Source of the DNA: Tubiluchus corallicola
Lineage: Eukaryota; Animalia; Priapulida
Length of the DNA: 24,933 bases
Direction: 5' to 3'
Assembly (NCBI GenBank): GCA_030141605.1
Contig: JAQGDQ010001802.1
Coordinates: forward strand, 1 to 24,933
This document shows, in pieces, positions 21,080 to 24,933 of the stretch; within the stretch, counting starts at the first letter, position 1; every line of letters begins with the position of its first letter. Under the pieces are notes generated by a model. It was not told where the DNA came from, did no database searches, and saw only the letters and a program-made list of their open reading frames with translations. Position numbers and translations under genes: made by a program.

Positions 21080-22739
21080 GCTAATACCAGTTCAAAATGT
21101 GACGTAAAGCTGCTAGTGGGAAATTTCATAAAGAAGCAGCACTGGTGAAGATAATTCGTGATAGAGAACGTTATTAAATTAAATTAACACCGTGTTGTTC
21201 TGAGCTTTTTTGGTCCACTAATTCAGTTTTCACTAATTGTCGTCATTCACTGTAGATATTTCCTTTTATTTACTGTGTTCCCACCCCTTTCATCGAATGA
21301 AGTGGTCCAGTAGCAAAGAGTTCACACTGGCATATTTATAGAAGCATGCAAATACAACGTGTGAAGATTTTATTTACCTTTGGAGAAGCATTCGACTGGG
21401 TGAACCAGTTCTCTGTACAGATTTACTGACATACAAAAGCTGTATACAAATTTTATTACACAAAATTTCACCCGTTCATCATAAATACTTTTTCCTAAAA
21501 ATAGAAATGAAATACAGTACCTATGTTTTCAACCATAATTCGTTCCTAAAAAGTGTTTATTTGATTTATTTGACTACAGAATCATTTATTCCCATAAGAA
21601 ATAATGTAAAAGCAAATAATCCGTTCTCAAGCATCAAAAGAATTGTAAAGTATTACTAAAACTAAATATAATAATGCAAAAATGTTTATTCAAACAGCAG
21701 ATATGATATAATTGATAAGAAAGACATACGACTGTTGTTGATTGTAGGTGTATGAACCACTGATGATAACAGTGGAAGTTACTGAAGCTTTTGGGACTAT
21801 ATAATTTCTATTAAAACGTAATGAATGTCCACGTTAATAAGTAGTCTAAAACTGTACATACCTTTTTGTGTATTTATTTATATGATTTTAAAATTACTCT
21901 TAGTTGTGATTATACATAAAATAACACTAAGTTTGCAATGAGAGGCGAAACGAATTGCTGACTAGTTACAGTGTGTGCTTAACAACAAAGTTAAGCAACA
22001 CTAGGCCTTACTGGTAGTCGAATGGGGGACCATCGGCAGAACCAGTTCAGGCTTCACCTGTTCACGTCGTACATGGAGGATGTCCACCATATATATTACG
22101 AACGTGGCGTCTGCTGGTTTAGTGCCTCATTTTAGAGGATTATCTTGATAACGAGCTAGGTTCAGCTCACGCTGCAGCCGCGTGCATTAACAGTGTTCCC
22201 ACAGTCGGGGAAAATCCTTGAAAAGACGGGCTATCCTGGAAAGTCAGGGAAGATGATGAAAATGGACCAAAAAGTGATGGAAATTGGAAAGGGATGTAAA
22301 AATAATTACCTCGAATTCATCTTTTTCCTAACATATTTTTCAGGGATTCGTGTTCAAATAAAATTTTGCTATTACAGCCTCCCAGTTTTGATTTCTGTTT
22401 CAAAAATAATGATTGGCTGAAGCATTATATATCAGTATATGTATGAATGTCCATACACAAAAATGTTTGAATATGTTTACTGATAATGCAATTTCTGCTT
22501 ATTTTGCTCAAGGAAAATCAATATTTGGTCGTGGAAAAGTCAGGGAAATTTATTTTAAAATTCTGTGAGAACCCTGATTAAACTGCCGTCCGCTGAGAGT
22601 TGAATCCCTAATTTGTAAATTTGTGAAGTGGTGCAAACAATGCTCACTTGTGTGCATATAGCTAGTCATATTCATATTAAGTACATAAAGCTGATGTCGC
22701 AGGGCGTAGTTATGAACAAATTTGTGATAAAACGTAACA
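21070..22739 (-). repeat. Right arm of long inverted repeat (1670 bp)
   Basis: Reverse complement of 17952-19621. Confidence 0.97.
22191..22576. mobile_element. Mirror copy of the 386-bp MITE in right arm
   Basis: Reverse complement of 18115-18500, including flanks and TSD, so it was duplicated with the arm rather than inserted independently. Confidence 0.75.
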
Positions 22740-22855
22740 ATTTCATGGATGGGTGACCACAAAATAATTAATAATTACCGTTTTTTGACTAACGATTGTG
22801 TAAGAACAGATGACAATGCTTGTGCTTTGATAGTAAGAAATGGGTTTGATTGCAG

Positions 22856-22932
22856 GAGATCTTACAAGTGAAGAGGCAAAAGCAAGAATGGAAGCATTGA
22901 AGAACGATTCTGCTGCCAACATTCTGCAAACT
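22856..22932 (+). CDS. Internal exon of unidentified plus-strand gene
   Basis: TTGCAG acceptor, GTATGT donor; phase 1->0; DLTSEEAKARMEALKNDSAANILQT (helical-looking). Confidence 0.65.
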
Positions 22933-23290
22933 GTATGTCACTCAATAATTGTGTCAGTTATGAATGTTAATAAATAAACTATATGTAAAGTGTTGCCACA
23001 TACTTACTTTTTAAGTGTGATAACAAGTTTGTTTGTTTGTTTGTCTGTCTGCTGATAAGTGCTCGGGATGGGTAATAAATTAGGTTGCTGGTTTTCAAAT
23101 TATTATTAAAATTTAACAAATCTGTGTGTTCTGTTTTTAAGTTCAAGCACAGTAAGTTTGATAATATATTGCTTTTCAAAATTATGTGCAAAAAAATTCC
23201 TATTTTGCTAACTATGTAGGTAAGTAACTATGCAGCCCATGTATATGTCTTTAAGATCATTTTGTTTTATAACTTAATTGATCATTTTAG

Positions 23291-23356
23291 GAAAACCGAA
23301 ATCAATTACAAAAGCAGTTTAAAGACAAGCCAGCTGACACACTAACCATAGAAAAG
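23291..23356 (+). CDS. Internal exon of unidentified plus-strand gene
   Basis: TTTTAG acceptor, AAG|GTAATG donor; 66 bp, phase 0->0; ENRNQLQKQFKDKPADTLTIEK. Confidence 0.65.
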
Positions 23357-24018
23357 GTAATGATTATACTTATGTAGTAACAGCAGTTTTAATTGTTCTT
23401 CAAACGTGTTTTAAACTGAACAAAACGTTGCTGTCCCTGTCGGAATCCATTGTGTTGCTGGCTATGTCAATTTTTACATGTCTATAGTTCACGTTATTTC
23501 ATACAGATACCATCACATCTTTCTCTTTCTTTCTATTCTCTATTAACCTTTCTTTCTACTCCTTTACTGCTCTTTTCTATTACACTCAGTCCACATTCAT
23601 TTGGGGTGCTCTAAACAAGTCATTACTTCTTGAGTACGCCACGGGTCATTTGCAGCTTGGCGTCTTGTGCACATAATAATAAATATGTTATTAAATACTT
23701 TTATGTACAATGCTGTAATGATCGTTGTGGATATATTTAATAAATAAATAAAAATAAATAAATAAGAGTGTGATATCTTGCCTTTCGCGTATTAGCATCT
23801 GTTTGGCTTTTTTCTCAGCAGTGGCGATTATGGCTGCAAGTTCTGCAGCATCAACAACAGCAACAGACACTGGTTGAAACAATAATACCATTTTTTTAAA
23901 GTTTGTAAATATACGGCAATTGTATGATTATAAGTTACTGTAACAGTTCTATTTTGTCAATTTTAAATTTGTTTCTAAAATGTTTTTATGTAAAAAAATT
24001 GGCTTAATTGCTTTTCAG

Positions 24019-24108
24019 ATGCCACCGATCGTACAGGATCGGCCTCAAATACCTCCAAAATCTCCTTTGTTTAATCGAGAGAGTTCTCCGAGTAATCGGG
24101 GCGCTAAG
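24019..24108 (+). CDS. Internal exon of unidentified plus-strand gene (Pro-rich)
   Basis: TTTTCAG acceptor, AAG|GTAAGA donor; 90 bp, phase 0->0; MPPIVQDRPQIPPKSPLFNRESSPSNRGAK. Confidence 0.72.
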
Positions 24109-24323
24109 GTAAGATGAACAATCTAAAATGTACCTGATGTTATTTACATAAATTGATCTTTTTTTGTAAATAGTTTTGTGTAGGTTATTGCATTTTCTTT
24201 TTGTGAATTCTATTTTGCTGTTTCATGCAGCCGTTGCAAAAGTTTTTTGCAATTCTCTTGCAATAATATTTCTTATTATACATGCCAAATGCATGTTACT
24301 TAAAATGGAAACTTTATTTTCAG

Positions 24324-24405
24324 CAAACTCCCGTGACAGTTGGTAACGGAATATCACCTTACCAATCAACAAAGTTACATGTAATGCCACCACGACCATC
24401 TCCAA
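24324..24405 (+). CDS. Internal exon of unidentified plus-strand gene (Pro-rich)
   Basis: TTTATTTTCAG acceptor, GTACGT donor; phase 0->1; QTPVTVGNGISPYQSTKLHVMPPRPSP. Confidence 0.65.
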
Positions 24406-24409
24406 GTAC

Positions 24410-24677
24410 GTAAAGTCATCTCTTGTTACTATTCTGTACTGTGTTAGAGTAAGGTAGTTTTTGTAAAGTCATCTCTTGTTACTATTCTGTACTGTGTTAG
24501 AGTAAGGTAGTTTTTGTAAAGTCATCTCCTGTTACTATTCTGTACTGTGTTAGAGTAAGGTAGTTTTTGTAAAGTCATCTCCTGTTACTATTCTGTACTG
24601 TGTTAGAGTAAGGTAGGTTTTGTAAAGTCATCTCTTGTTACTATTCTGTACTGTGTTAGAGTAAGGTAGTTTTTGTG
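24410..24677. repeat. Intronic minisatellite, 53-bp unit, 5 copies
   Basis: Unit GTAAAGTCATCTC(T/C)TGTTACTATTCTGTACTGTGTTAGAGTAAGGTAGTTTTT, beginning 4 nt after exon 24324-24405. Confidence 0.95.
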
Positions 24678-24933
24678 AAAGTTGAAGTTTTAAAATTATG
24701 GCTAAACCATAGTGAAACCATTTAAAAAATAATAATTTACAAATTCAGAACCAAATTTCAAGACTCCTATATATCTGATGCACACATTTTCTTCTTAATT
24801 ACTGTTTAATAAGTCGACTACAAGCAACCCTCGTTAAATGGACTAATTGGGTGGGTGGGTGGTCCGGTTTAGCCGATTGTCCTATTTATCCGATATGCCT
24901 ATATATGGTCTATATTATACAGGAATAATCACC

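Noticed and set aside
18271-22420. Two identical 75-aa ORFs as a duplicated gene
   Set aside because: They lie within the 386-bp MITE, start at a non-ATG codon in the TIR, and are identical only because of the inverted duplication.
17952-22739. Missed-adapter PacBio palindrome, or Ginger/LTR-type element because of the TGT...ACA ends
   Set aside because: The centre is a unique ~0.9-kb spacer with diverged SINEs rather than an adapter, and both outer flanks are unique. There is no TSD, integrase or direct LTR. An assembly mis-join is still not excluded.
24749-24798. Terminal exon of the plus-strand gene (KPNFKTPIYLMHTFSS*)
   Set aside because: The acceptor lacks a pyrimidine tract and an alternative acceptor exists near 24921; this cannot be decided from the window.

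Overview
AT-rich, intron-rich eukaryotic (invertebrate-animal-like) genomic DNA; nothing here looks prokaryotic. The minus strand carries five phase-compatible internal exons (14543->447) of a PTPN13/FRMPD2-type gene: a low-complexity linker, the 'FxGPEFV' pre-FERM motif and the FERM F1 lobe. The plus strand carries five phase-compatible exons (17855->24405) of an unidentified Pro/Ser-rich protein. About 11 kb of intron is occupied by unrelated minisatellite arrays (25, 43, ~46, 53, 54, 57, 88 and 103 bp units), plus three tRNA-derived SINEs and several MITEs. The most unusual structure is a 4.8-kb fold-back (17952-22739) inside one intron of the plus-strand gene. Its two 1670-bp arms are perfect reverse complements wherever compared, and they end just inside the 5' ends of two inverted SINE copies that are only ~90% identical and flank a unique ~0.9-kb spacer. 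Two A/C-only tracts in the 54-bp array are the repeat unit with G and T removed, a likely sequencing artefact that calls for caution about local assembly quality. The long ORFs over the repeat arrays are not credible proteins.
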